Part shown: piece by piece, positions 1 through 7,285 of the stretch | Layout: each line of letters opens with the position of its first letter | How positions within the stretch are numbered: position 1 is the first letter of the stretch | Program-made: the position numbers and the translations under genes | The notes under the pieces: generated by a model | The model's database searches: none | What the model was told of the DNA's origin: nothing | What the model saw: only the letters and a program-made list of their open reading frames with translations | From: a virus | Lineage: Duplodnaviria; Caudoviricetes | Strand: one strand, 5' to 3' | DNA: 27,721 bases | Virus record (IMG/VR): IMGVR_UViG_3300026543_000128 | Location: 1 to 27,721 of that record

Positions 1-43
1 ACTATCCTCTTCGTCGGCAGCGTCAGATGTGTATAAGAGACAG
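1..43 (+). other. Illumina Nextera adapter remnant (library artefact, not genomic)
   Basis: 11-43 = TCGTCGGCAGCGTCAGATGTGTATAAGAGACAG, the Nextera read-1 adapter with the Tn5 mosaic end. It is preceded by AC + TATCCTCT (end of P5 plus an i5 index sequence). Confidence 0.98.
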
Positions 44-220
44 CACAATACTTTGCGCGGCAATCCGCTTCCTCGTTTCCTGTGCCTTCCCCCGCTTTTG
101 TGCTCGGTCAAGTTCGGCCGTTGTCAGAATCAAAAGCATGCCAGGAACCTGCACCTCCCACGCTTTGTAGGAGCGCCCCTGCGTATCCTCTAGCCGCGTT
201 GGAACCAACGCATATTTCAT
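44..220 (-). CDS. Small hypothetical protein, 3'-truncated by the adapter
   Basis: ATG at 220 with GGGGGAAG SD. The C-terminal LSLIHI* in the ORF track is the translation of the adapter mosaic end, so the real end is missing. Confidence 0.6.
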
Positions 221-357
221 AATCTTCCCCCAGAAATGTCGATCCCCCAGCCTGCCTCAGGGTGTACACCTGGTGCCTGCTGGGGGAAGAACCTCGGCCC
301 GTCTGCTGTATGGAAGGAAAGGCCAGTGTAGACCACTAGTCAGCCGATGTCAATGCC

Positions 358-1695
358 TCATCCTTCACCGGCATCCTCTTTCCACAACTTTTCCGCCCAT
401 TTCTTCCACTCAGGGATATCTCCCTCCGGGAACGTGGCAAGCGTCCCTTCCCACCCTTCGCTGTACTCGGTCAAAATACTCTTGAGAACATCAGGATTCA
501 CTCTCCTCTTTTTCGCCTCGGCATCAATCCACGCGAGGAGTTCCGCTTCCGGCATCCAGGAGGTATCTTCTGGCACAGGTACTGGCTGCCCTGGCTCAGG
601 TTCTGGCTGCTGCGCCTTGACCCACGACTTTATCGCGTTTGGCAGCAGCGATTCTACTGTATCGAGGTCCTGCTGGCATTGAAGCTGGAACTTTTTGGGC
701 GCGAAGTTTTTCACATTGTCCCATATATCGCCAGACGTTGCCCCACACGTTGCGGCGGCAGCCTTCACGAGCGCACCAGCTTCCTCCCGAATTTGCTCCA
801 CGGACTTTATCGGGGGAGTTGCCACCAGCGGTCCCTGGTCCCTATCCTCGTATAACTTGACCGTTGTCTCGCCCAAGGTTTCTGTGTTCGCGTACTCTGG
901 CACGGCCATCCTTCCGGCGTCTTCAGGCTCTGGCGCAGTCAGTATGGCAGCAACCGACGGACGTGTCGCACGCAAACGGGACTGCTCAGCCTCGTCGCCA
1001 CCAAACAGCAGCGCGGAATGGTTTACAGCCGGAATGGGTTCTTCCTCTTCGGGGACAAGTTGCAAATATTTCGCATGCTTCTTGAGCGCCGTCTTTTTTC
1101 CCATTTCCTCTGGCCATTTCTGCCACGGGTCTTGCTCTTTCCCAGGCGCGGCCAACCGAACCTTGTCCACTTCCTCGATGGTACACACCCGGACAAGCGG
1201 CTTTGCTGCGCCTTTCAGCTTCACGGCAGAAAAATAGCACCGCAACTTACCCCGATCGCCATCAATATGGCGCTGAAATTCATAACGCTCTGCAAGTTCA
1301 TCGCATATGAAATGGTCCTCAGCGTAGACAGGCTCGGCTTTCGCCCATTCCACCCGGCCGGTACGATCAAGGGCACGCACAATCCCTTGATAGTACTCGA
1401 CCATCGTTACTTCATACTGACTGGTTTTCTTGTTTTTGAACGGCAACATGAAGCAATCACGACCAGGAACGTGCCCCGCCATCGCCGCCTTGAGAGTCGC
1501 CTTGATAAAGCTCATCGGCGTGCACTCCTGTAGCTTTGGCGTCGTGGTAAACTCCATCCACAGTCCCGCTTGAAATTGATCCAACGACACATCACGCGGC
1601 AGCATATGGACAATTTGTGGAGTAGTGCTAAGGAATTGTTGTGAGAGCTTCTCAGGAACGGTCTGGGGAATTGGTTGTAATGCGGTCTCACTCAT
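358..1695 (-). CDS. recT: RecT/Redbeta-family ssDNA annealing protein with a long acidic C-terminal extension
   Basis: N-terminal ~215 aa has RecT-like motifs: PKLQECTPMSFIKATLKAAMAG, FMLPFKNKK, YQGIVRAL, VYAEDHF, PWQKWPEEMGKKTALK. Located in the early region. Confidence 0.85.
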   Translation of the reverse strand: MSETALQPIPQTVPEKLSQQFLSTTPQIVHMLPRDVSLDQFQAGLWMEFTTTPKLQECTPMSFIKATLKAAMAGHVPGRDCFMLPFKNKKTSQYEVTMVEYYQGIVRALDRTGRVEWAKAEPVYAEDHFICDELAERYEFQRHIDGDRGKLRCYFSAVKLKGAAKPLVRVCTIEEVDKVRLAAPGKEQDPWQKWPEEMGKKTALKKHAKYLQLVPEEEEPIPAVNHSALLFGGDEAEQSRLRATRPSVAAILTAPEPEDAGRMAVPEYANTETLGETTVKLYEDRDQGPLVATPPIKSVEQIREEAGALVKAAAATCGATSGDIWDNVKNFAPKKFQLQCQQDLDTVESLLPNAIKSWVKAQQPEPEPGQPVPVPEDTSWMPEAELLAWIDAEAKKRRVNPDVLKSILTEYSEGWEGTLATFPEGDIPEWKKWAEKLWKEDAGEG

Positions 1696-1996
1696 CGGTT
1701 AGTTCTCCTTTGATAAGGTTATCCATCGCTCTGTCGTGTTTATCCTGGGCATCGTTGAACATCAAGAGCCAAAACTTCCCCGTTGTCGTCGCTCGTCCTT
1801 GAAAAAAAAGACATTCCCACCATTCGACATCAGATGCTTGTGCGATATCATCGTGCTCAGGACGATAAAAGACGGCGTAACACACGTGTGGCGCTGGTCC
1901 CTTATAGGCATAAATCCTCACAACGGGCTCATCTCCAGCGGCCATACCGTGATTCTCGAGCATTTCTCGAATAATCAGAGGGTCCGTATACATCAT
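1688..1996 (-). CDS. Hypothetical protein
   Basis: 102 aa; SD GAGAGGA; overlaps the recT start; first gene behind the leftward promoter at 2123-2151. Confidence 0.75.
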   Translation of the reverse strand: MMYTDPLIIREMLENHGMAAGDEPVVRIYAYKGPAPHVCYAVFYRPEHDDIAQASDVEWWECLFFQGRATTTGKFWLLMFNDAQDKHDRAMDNLIKGELTDE

Positions 1997-2110
1997 AGAT
2001 TCTTCCTCTCCCTTCCTCCGAAAGCGGGCCGGCTTTCCCGGCCCTGATGCATAAGGATTCTCCCACGGCCATCGACGCCGCTATCAGAGCCAGACGTCCA
2101 TAAGCGATCC

Positions 2111-2151
2111 TTGCATGTTTATATCATAATGATATATACTTAGCGTGTCAA
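2111..2151. promoter_or_regulatory. Overlapping divergent sigma70-type promoters with palindromic operator
   Basis: Minus strand: TTGACA (2151-2146)-17 bp-TATGAT (2128-2123). Plus strand: TTGCAT (2111-2116)-18 bp-TATACT (2135-2140). Perfect inverted repeat TATATCAT-A-ATGATATA at 2120-2136. Confidence 0.8.
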
Positions 2152-2184
2152 GAGATTTTTTTTCAGCGAGATAAGGGAGGTGAA

Positions 2185-2373
2185 ATGTCGAGAGCGTCCG
2201 TTATCACCGACAAAGCAGTGCTTCTCAGAATGGACCCCACCGTCCACCAACGCTTGAAGGCAGAGGCCAAAAGACAAGGACGGAGCGTGAGCGCCCAGAT
2301 CAATTATGTCTTGGTGCAAGAGTGCGGCAGAATCGCCCGGCGTGTCAGGGAGCGGGAGGAGGAAAGGTTATGA
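2185..2373 (+). CDS. Arc/HicB-like ribbon-helix-helix DNA-binding protein
   Basis: KAVLLRMDPTVHQRLKAEAKRQGRSVSAQINYVL fits the Arc-type RHH pattern; SD GGGAGG. Confidence 0.85.
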   Translation: MSRASVITDKAVLLRMDPTVHQRLKAEAKRQGRSVSAQINYVLVQECGRIARRVREREEERL

Positions 2374-2564
2374 GCAAAATCAACACCTCCAAGGGCCTCC
2401 GCCCCAGTCCGAGCACCCTCCCACCTCGGGCTGAACAACTCGCCGTGCTGAAAACGGAAGGGTACAAAGGGCCAGCGCCGACAACACGGAAAAAGGCCCG
2501 CCTAATTCTCGAGGAAATCCTGAAGGAAAAGAGGGGAGCCAAGGGAAGGAAGAAAGGAAAGTGA
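2370..2564 (+). CDS. Small basic protein, paralogous to the C-terminal module of 5671-5964
   Basis: ATG 2370 overlaps the RHH stop (ATGA); 17/39 ungapped identities with the C-terminus of 5671-5964, counted by eye. Confidence 0.75.
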   Translation: MSKINTSKGLRPSPSTLPPRAEQLAVLKTEGYKGPAPTTRKKARLILEEILKEKRGAKGRKKGK

Positions 2565-2706
2565 CGAGGACCCCACGCCAGACCCACCTGCCCCAGTGTT
2601 CCCGGCGTGGGCGTGAGACATCACCATGATTCAGAATATCACGCCTCCCCTGGAAAGGCAAGTTCACACTGCCATGACTCTGGGGAGGCGCAGATGTATT
2701 CGTTCT

Positions 2707-2728
2707 CGCTCACTCCTCTCGGGTGGGG
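2707..2728 (-). repeat. 22-bp gene-junction direct repeat, copy 1 (CCCCACCCGAGAGGAGTGAGCG on minus)
   Basis: Identical to 3327-3348; encodes the end (PTREE*) of ORF 2710-3102. Confidence 0.95.
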
Positions 2729-3102
2729 ATACGCTGCAAACGACTAGGCTCCGTACGTCGGAAGGTCACATTGGTTTTCCCCCCGAAACCCCAGGTCATT
2801 ACCTGCGCCAATGCCTCGTCACCAACTGCGTCGTTGTGCAACACCTCCTCGGAGTCTAAGCTGTTGAGGTAGGCTACAAGTTCTTCAAAACTTTCCACGT
2901 CTTTTCTCCCCTCTTGCACGCGGTCGTCCACATCTCCACACCGGACACAGACAACCCCATAGCGTTCTGGGTGTTCACAGTGGGCAAGATCAGCATAAAA
3001 AGCCTCCCTGCTTTGCCCTTCCTCTCCTACCATGATCCCTGCGGCCTGCAACGCTGCCTTATGCGTGCGGATGTATTCACGTATGGCTTTTACCTTTTCC
3101 AC
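2710..3102 (-). CDS. Hypothetical protein
   Basis: Probable GTG start at 3102 behind GAGAGGAGGGAGG; contains a C-x-H...CxxC motif (HCEHPERYGVVCVRCG). Confidence 0.7.
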   Translation of the reverse strand: MEKVKAIREYIRTHKAALQAAGIMVGEEGQSREAFYADLAHCEHPERYGVVCVRCGDVDDRVQEGRKDVESFEELVAYLNSLDSEEVLHNDAVGDEALAQVMTWGFGGKTNVTFRRTEPSRLQRIPTREE

Positions 3103-3325
3103 GGCCTCCCTCCTCTCGCACTGAAGATCGTATGGGGGGAACCGACACCTCGGCTTGCACAATGGCACAGGTCAATGCTCCGCCCATCGTATGCCCATAA
3201 ACAACACGCTTGTAGCCCTTCTGCAAATTGACAGTCCACATCTGTACATCGGCATCCCATCGTCCAATCGTCGCGTCAGGGTCCAGTCTCAGCAGTGCCA
3301 AAAATAATTGTTCGATGCCATCCAT
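3077..3325 (-). CDS. Hypothetical protein
   Basis: 82 aa; ATG lies directly after repeat copy 2, which supplies the SD GAGGAG. Confidence 0.7.
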   Translation of the reverse strand: MDGIEQLFLALLRLDPDATIGRWDADVQMWTVNLQKGYKRVVYGHTMGGALTCAIVQAEVSVPPIRSSVREEGGRGKGKSHT

Positions 3326-3326
3326 A

Positions 3327-3348
3327 CGCTCACTCCTCTCGGGTGGGG
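3327..3348 (-). repeat. 22-bp gene-junction direct repeat, copy 2
   Basis: Identical to 2707-2728; fills almost the whole gap between the TAG at 3351-3349 and the ATG at 3325. Confidence 0.95.
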
Positions 3349-3588
3349 CTACCTACTCTCAGACGTCCCTCGACAAAATGACCCACGCTCCCAGCTATCG
3401 GCCAGATAATACGGAGCGAAGAGCAGCGCGGTGTAGCATTCCGGGTGTTGATACCCCACACAGAAATCTTCGTCCTCGTTGACATAGACGCGGTAGCGAC
3501 ACAGCGTTGCCTTTTCGACGACCTCTCCGCACCATTCACAATCCCGATCACGTCTTATCCGGACGTCACGGTCTTGAAGCATATGCAT
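3349..3588 (-). CDS. Small putative zinc-binding phage protein
   Basis: CEWCGE...HPEC motif; probable ATG at 3588 after SD GAGAGGA (ORF is open to 3624). Confidence 0.7.
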   Translation of the reverse strand: MHMLQDRDVRIRRDRDCEWCGEVVEKATLCRYRVYVNEDEDFCVGYQHPECYTALLFAPYYLADSWERGSFCRGTSESR

Positions 3589-3815
3589 TATGTGTTTTCC
3601 TCTCAGGTTGGGGTTTATCTCCACATGAGGAACCTACGGCCAGTTACTCACGCAGTATTCCCAGAAGTCGCAGACGGATGGGAATCCAGTGTTACTGGCC
3701 GTGCAAAGGTATCGTTTTTCTGGACATTTCCGCTGTAGATTCCCCATCCCCCCCCTTAGGGGGGACAACGGGGCTACAAATAAAGGGTATTTGGGAAGCT
3801 GGATTTCACTACCTT

Positions 3816-5684
3816 TTAACATGAGAACGCCACTTCAAATACCGTGTAATTCATAGAATTCTTTTCTCCACGTTCCCCCATAACCAGGCCGTCGCGCTGC
3901 AAATGCGCAATGGCCTCCTCCCGCTTTTTTCGCGTCCCAAGCTTACACGCAGTGAGCCATTGCACATGCGAAAGGCTTCCTCCCGGTGACGCAATGAGCG
4001 TTTGAATCATCGCGCTGTCTAGGTCGGACAGGTGGGCATACTTTCCGAGGGTACACCGGCCGTTGTCGAGCGCAATAGCAGCATGGGTAAAATGCTCCCC
4101 AATCCGTCCCTCAGTCCGCAGAAATCGTGTGTCTGTCTCCTCATCATGATGATAAATCATGTTGAGGTCCGCACCAGCTCTCAACCCTGTGGACCCCAAA
4201 ATATCGAGCCCGCTTCCCGTACTGGTTTTCCGTGTATGCCCCAGAAGGACAATGGCGGTATTGGTTTCACGCGTCAGTTCACGTAAAGGGGTCAGCTTCT
4301 TTGTGGTTTCCACAATGTCGTTCATGTCACGCATGTCCAGCGCAACGTTCATGGTATCTACCACGATAAGATCGGGGGCTACCGATGCGATATCTGTCCG
4401 CATAATCTCCACCAGGTCCGCACTCTCCCGAGTAATCCGTCCCCACAACGGCATATCCTCTTGCAGTCCAAGCTGGGCCAGGTGCTTGCCTGAAACATTG
4501 TTGGGGTCTTCGAGTGAGTACAATAAGACACGCCCAGGGCATGCGGCCCGTCCTAAAAAATCTTTCCCAAGAATCACACTCATCAAGAGATGTCTGGAGA
4601 ACGTGGACTTCCCTGCTTTCGGTGGGCCAGCAAGGATACTCAGCGTGCCTTTGCCGACCATGCCCTGGATAAGCCACTCCATTTCCTCCGTGGCAGCTAG
4701 GAGAAAATCCTTGGCCGTCAGGAGTGGACGCCATGCAGAAGGAGGGGCGGGCGTAGCCCCATTGCTCGTCATGCGCGGGATATCACTCCATGGTGGCGCA
4801 TCGTCTACCGGTGGGGTTGTGTCGTCCTGCGCTACTATCGAGCGACACCGGGAGATATCAGATAACAGCCACCGCTCCCCTTGTGTCTGCGCCTTCACCC
4901 CGCCAACGTGCCCAGAATCCATCAGGAGAGTCACAATATCAGCATCCCCATAGCCGCCCCTGATCAAGTCTTTTTCAAGCGCTTGGACCATCTCCGACGT
5001 CGAGGGGTACTGCCCAAGCACATCCCCTGCGACCAGCACCATTTTCATGGCTCGCCGCAGAGCCAACGACGGCACATCCAACGGCTTCCCAGATGTCGCA
5101 ACCCCTGCCACCAGCTCCACCTTGTCCGTCATTCCTGCAAAACACCAGTGAGGTAAAGACACCATCTCTACATCATCAAAGCCTGTATCTACTTCCTCGA
5201 CGTAATGCTTTCCATCAATGATAGACGGTGGCGCAACAACATAGCAGCCGGTGCCTTGTACGTCGATACTATCATAGCCAAAGAACTTGCCTGTGCGCTT
5301 GTCATCCATCCTGGTATCGTATATACTATATAAGTGGTATCCTCCAGTAGGTGTTAGGACCATGGGGAGCCTGGGAAGTGTCCCATGCTTTGACAGGATA
5401 GCCTGCAAATCCCCGCTGCCATCCTTGCCGTGTTTGTTGTCGATATCGAGCACCAGCGGGCCGACCCCTGCAGGAGTACGGCCGCATGCAATACCTAGAT
5501 TTGCCAACGGCCATCGCGTCCACCACCATTGGATACGCGTCCGGTCATGTGTGGCCCAGTAGCATCCACCTTGGCCCTCGTGATTCTTGCTCAGCTCAGG
5601 GTGTGGTGTCTTGCCGTTTGGAATGAGAGGGAAGACTGGGAATCCCCTCTCATTCCACTCTAATGCTGCCTCAAGCATACTCAT
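3816..5684 (-). CDS. Bifunctional primase/polymerase (Prim-Pol) fused to an AAA_25/RepA-like SF4 helicase domain
   Basis: N-terminus: GFPVFPL..GKTP, ATHD..RIQWWW..WPLANLGIACG, LVLDID, TPTGGYHLY, DVQGTGCYVVAPPS. C-terminus: Walker A GPPKAGKS, YSLED, Walker B LIVVDT, LGHTRK, GSTGL. Confidence 0.92.
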   Translation of the reverse strand: MSMLEAALEWNERGFPVFPLIPNGKTPHPELSKNHEGQGGCYWATHDRTRIQWWWTRWPLANLGIACGRTPAGVGPLVLDIDNKHGKDGSGDLQAILSKHGTLPRLPMVLTPTGGYHLYSIYDTRMDDKRTGKFFGYDSIDVQGTGCYVVAPPSIIDGKHYVEEVDTGFDDVEMVSLPHWCFAGMTDKVELVAGVATSGKPLDVPSLALRRAMKMVLVAGDVLGQYPSTSEMVQALEKDLIRGGYGDADIVTLLMDSGHVGGVKAQTQGERWLLSDISRCRSIVAQDDTTPPVDDAPPWSDIPRMTSNGATPAPPSAWRPLLTAKDFLLAATEEMEWLIQGMVGKGTLSILAGPPKAGKSTFSRHLLMSVILGKDFLGRAACPGRVLLYSLEDPNNVSGKHLAQLGLQEDMPLWGRITRESADLVEIMRTDIASVAPDLIVVDTMNVALDMRDMNDIVETTKKLTPLRELTRETNTAIVLLGHTRKTSTGSGLDILGSTGLRAGADLNMIYHHDEETDTRFLRTEGRIGEHFTHAAIALDNGRCTLGKYAHLSDLDSAMIQTLIASPGGSLSHVQWLTACKLGTRKKREEAIAHLQRDGLVMGERGEKNSMNYTVFEVAFSC

Positions 5685-5964
5685 TCCGTTGCTTCCTCTC
5701 CTCGGCTAATCGTGCGTTGATTAACAAGCTGGCCCCTGCCCGCGTGGCTGGCACCTCCCCAGCATAACCCAGGCTGCGCAGAAAGAGGAGTTGTTTATCG
5801 GTCGGGGGGAGCGCGGCTTTATTCTCTCGTGGTTTTTTAAGCCAGGTGAGAAACGTGCCACACCCACCGCACACCAACTTGGCATGATGTGGTCCCGTGC
5901 CAGGCTCTTGCCGATGATCGCCTATGAGCCCACATCGGATGCATGTTCTCTCTGCAACGCCCAT
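5671..5964 (-). CDS. Zinc-ribbon protein with C-terminal PTxKQL...GY...T..AS.LI module
   Basis: ATG 5964 with GGGGGAAG SD; CIRCG...GPHHAKLVCGGCG.FLTWL; overlaps the Prim-Pol start. Confidence 0.8.
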   Translation of the reverse strand: MGVAERTCIRCGLIGDHRQEPGTGPHHAKLVCGGCGTFLTWLKKPRENKAALPPTDKQLLFLRSLGYAGEVPATRAGASLLINARLAEERKQRNEYA

Positions 5965-6078
5965 TGCCTTCCCCCTTGTGGACTTTTCTGTTACACTCTG
6001 GCGTGTACAGCCTAAACCATGATGAGGCCATGCCCCCACCTGCAACCCAAGGGGGCATGTGCTTTAATTGCCTGCCAA

Positions 6079-6420
6079 CTACTCGTCTTTTCCGATCACC
6101 GCTGGCGCCGCTAACAACCAGTACTTAAAAGCAAAAGAAGTTATCTCCTCTCCGGACTCGCCATAATTGCCAAGATAGACTGAGGTATACTCCTCCATCG
6201 TGAAGTCTCCCCCCTTCCACCCTTGAAACGTTGCACCCAAGGCTCCCCTAGCGTGTGCAAGCATATCCTTGATAGTCGTTTCCTCCTTCGGAGTAAATGC
6301 TAATTCGCTATAGTCTCCACGATCACTATGCGCCGAGCTAAATCCATCCCGAACAATCATGTCTTGATCTTGCCCTTCGAGCCACTCAATGAGTGCCCCA
6401 AGTGTCATTCTTCCCATCAT
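6079..6420 (-). CDS. Phage hypothetical protein
   Basis: Strong SD GAGGAGG; MTLGALIEWLE...HSDRGDYSELAF...FQGWKGGDFTM resembles a recurrent uncharacterised phage family (from recall, unverified). Confidence 0.8.
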   Translation of the reverse strand: MMGRMTLGALIEWLEGQDQDMIVRDGFSSAHSDRGDYSELAFTPKEETTIKDMLAHARGALGATFQGWKGGDFTMEEYTSVYLGNYGESGEEITSFAFKYWLLAAPAVIGKDE

Positions 6421-6485
6421 GTGCTATCTCCTCCTCTCGGATAGGTTTTGTCAATCATCGGTTAATTGCCTCGCCATACGCCCCA

Positions 6486-6566
6486 ATTCTATCACTTCCC
6501 GCTTGACATGTGCAAGGGAAATGTGACATACTTTAATCGATGAAACGACATACCATTTTGACATAC
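6486..6566. promoter_or_regulatory. Second divergent promoter pair with GACATAC direct repeats
   Basis: Plus strand: TTGACA (6503-6508)-18 bp-CATACT (6527-6532) with TGn extension. Minus strand: TTGCAC (6515-6510)-18 bp-TAGAAT (6491-6486) with TGn extension. GACATAC at 6525, 6547 and 6560. Confidence 0.75.
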
Positions 6567-6582
6567 CGTCTGAGGAGTTATC

Positions 6583-6813
6583 ATGGTGCTAGCCATAGAT
6601 TGGGGGATTGTCCACCGCACGACGGTTCGGTTGACGCCACTAGGGCTGGAACGGCTCAAAAGGATTAAGGCAAAAAGGGAAGGGCAAAGCGTCCGGCATA
6701 TTGTTGAGCACGGGCTATATCTCTATGATAAACAACTGAAAGGCTACGAATCAAGAGACAAGAAAAAGAAGGAAGCCGCCCAGACGCGGCGGGAGGGAGA
6801 ACATGTGCGATAG
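6583..6813 (+). CDS. Probable ribbon-helix-helix regulator
   Basis: RTTVRLTPLGLERLKRIKAKREGQSVRHIVEHGL fits a beta-alpha-alpha RHH pattern; SD GAGGAG; first gene of the operon. Confidence 0.7.
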   Translation: MVLAIDWGIVHRTTVRLTPLGLERLKRIKAKREGQSVRHIVEHGLYLYDKQLKGYESRDKKKKEAAQTRREGEHVR

Positions 6814-7036
6814 TATTTTTGATGACATAGACGCACGAGCCCAGCCTTCATCAATGTATGATAGGTGGAAACACTCCGTTGATTATGCCAGATTCAAACA
6901 AACGACCCAGCACTGGCCGCAAGACATGCGAGACCGTGTCATTTTTATTTCAGGAATTCTCGCCAAGGCCGGAGTACTGGATTTGGATGAAACGCCTGAA
7001 GTCATCGAAGTAGCCGCGGCGGGGAGGGGCAAATGA
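6803..7036 (+). CDS. Hypothetical protein
   Basis: 77 aa; start follows junction copy 1; ATGA overlap with the next gene. Confidence 0.7.
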   Translation: MCDSIFDDIDARAQPSSMYDRWKHSVDYARFKQTTQHWPQDMRDRVIFISGILAKAGVLDLDETPEVIEVAAAGRGK

Positions 7037-7284
7037 CGACACAGGAAATAGAAGTGCTCTATCTGCGCATCGGTACGAAGCTTCGAGATAGCCGCAGAAA
7101 GCAACATATAACCCAAGAGACACTTGCCTCCCTTCTGGGCTATGATCGCACCTCAATTACAAATATCGAAGCAGGCACTCAACATGCCCCCCTCCATGTG
7201 CTACTGAACATCTGGGAAGCATTGGGGATCGATATGTCTGCAATGCAAAGAATGTTAGCCGCGGAGACGCGGCGGGAGGAGTGA
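7033..7284 (+). CDS. XRE/Cro-family helix-turn-helix transcriptional regulator
   Basis: IGTKLRDSRRKQHITQETLASLLGYDRTSITNIEAG...LLNIWEALG is a canonical HTH_3 pattern. Confidence 0.92.
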   Translation: MTTQEIEVLYLRIGTKLRDSRRKQHITQETLASLLGYDRTSITNIEAGTQHAPLHVLLNIWEALGIDMSAMQRMLAAETRREE

Positions 7285-7285
7285 G

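Noticed and set aside
25-43. Tn5/IS50 mosaic end suggesting a transposon terminus
   Set aside because: It is embedded in the complete Nextera adapter plus index at the contig end, and no transposase is present.
2572-2611. CCCACGCC/GGCGTGGG stem between convergent operons as a terminator
   Set aside because: 24-nt loop and no U-tract on either strand; insufficient support.
3330-3551. 73-aa ORF ending in SPTREE
   Set aside because: It is an alternative frame overlapping the better-supported zinc-binding ORF 3349-3588; its tail only reflects the DNA repeat.
3634-3822. 62-aa ORF downstream of Prim-Pol
   Set aside because: Weak SD, no recognisable motif, and it spans palindromic/repeat DNA. Left uncalled, though not excluded.
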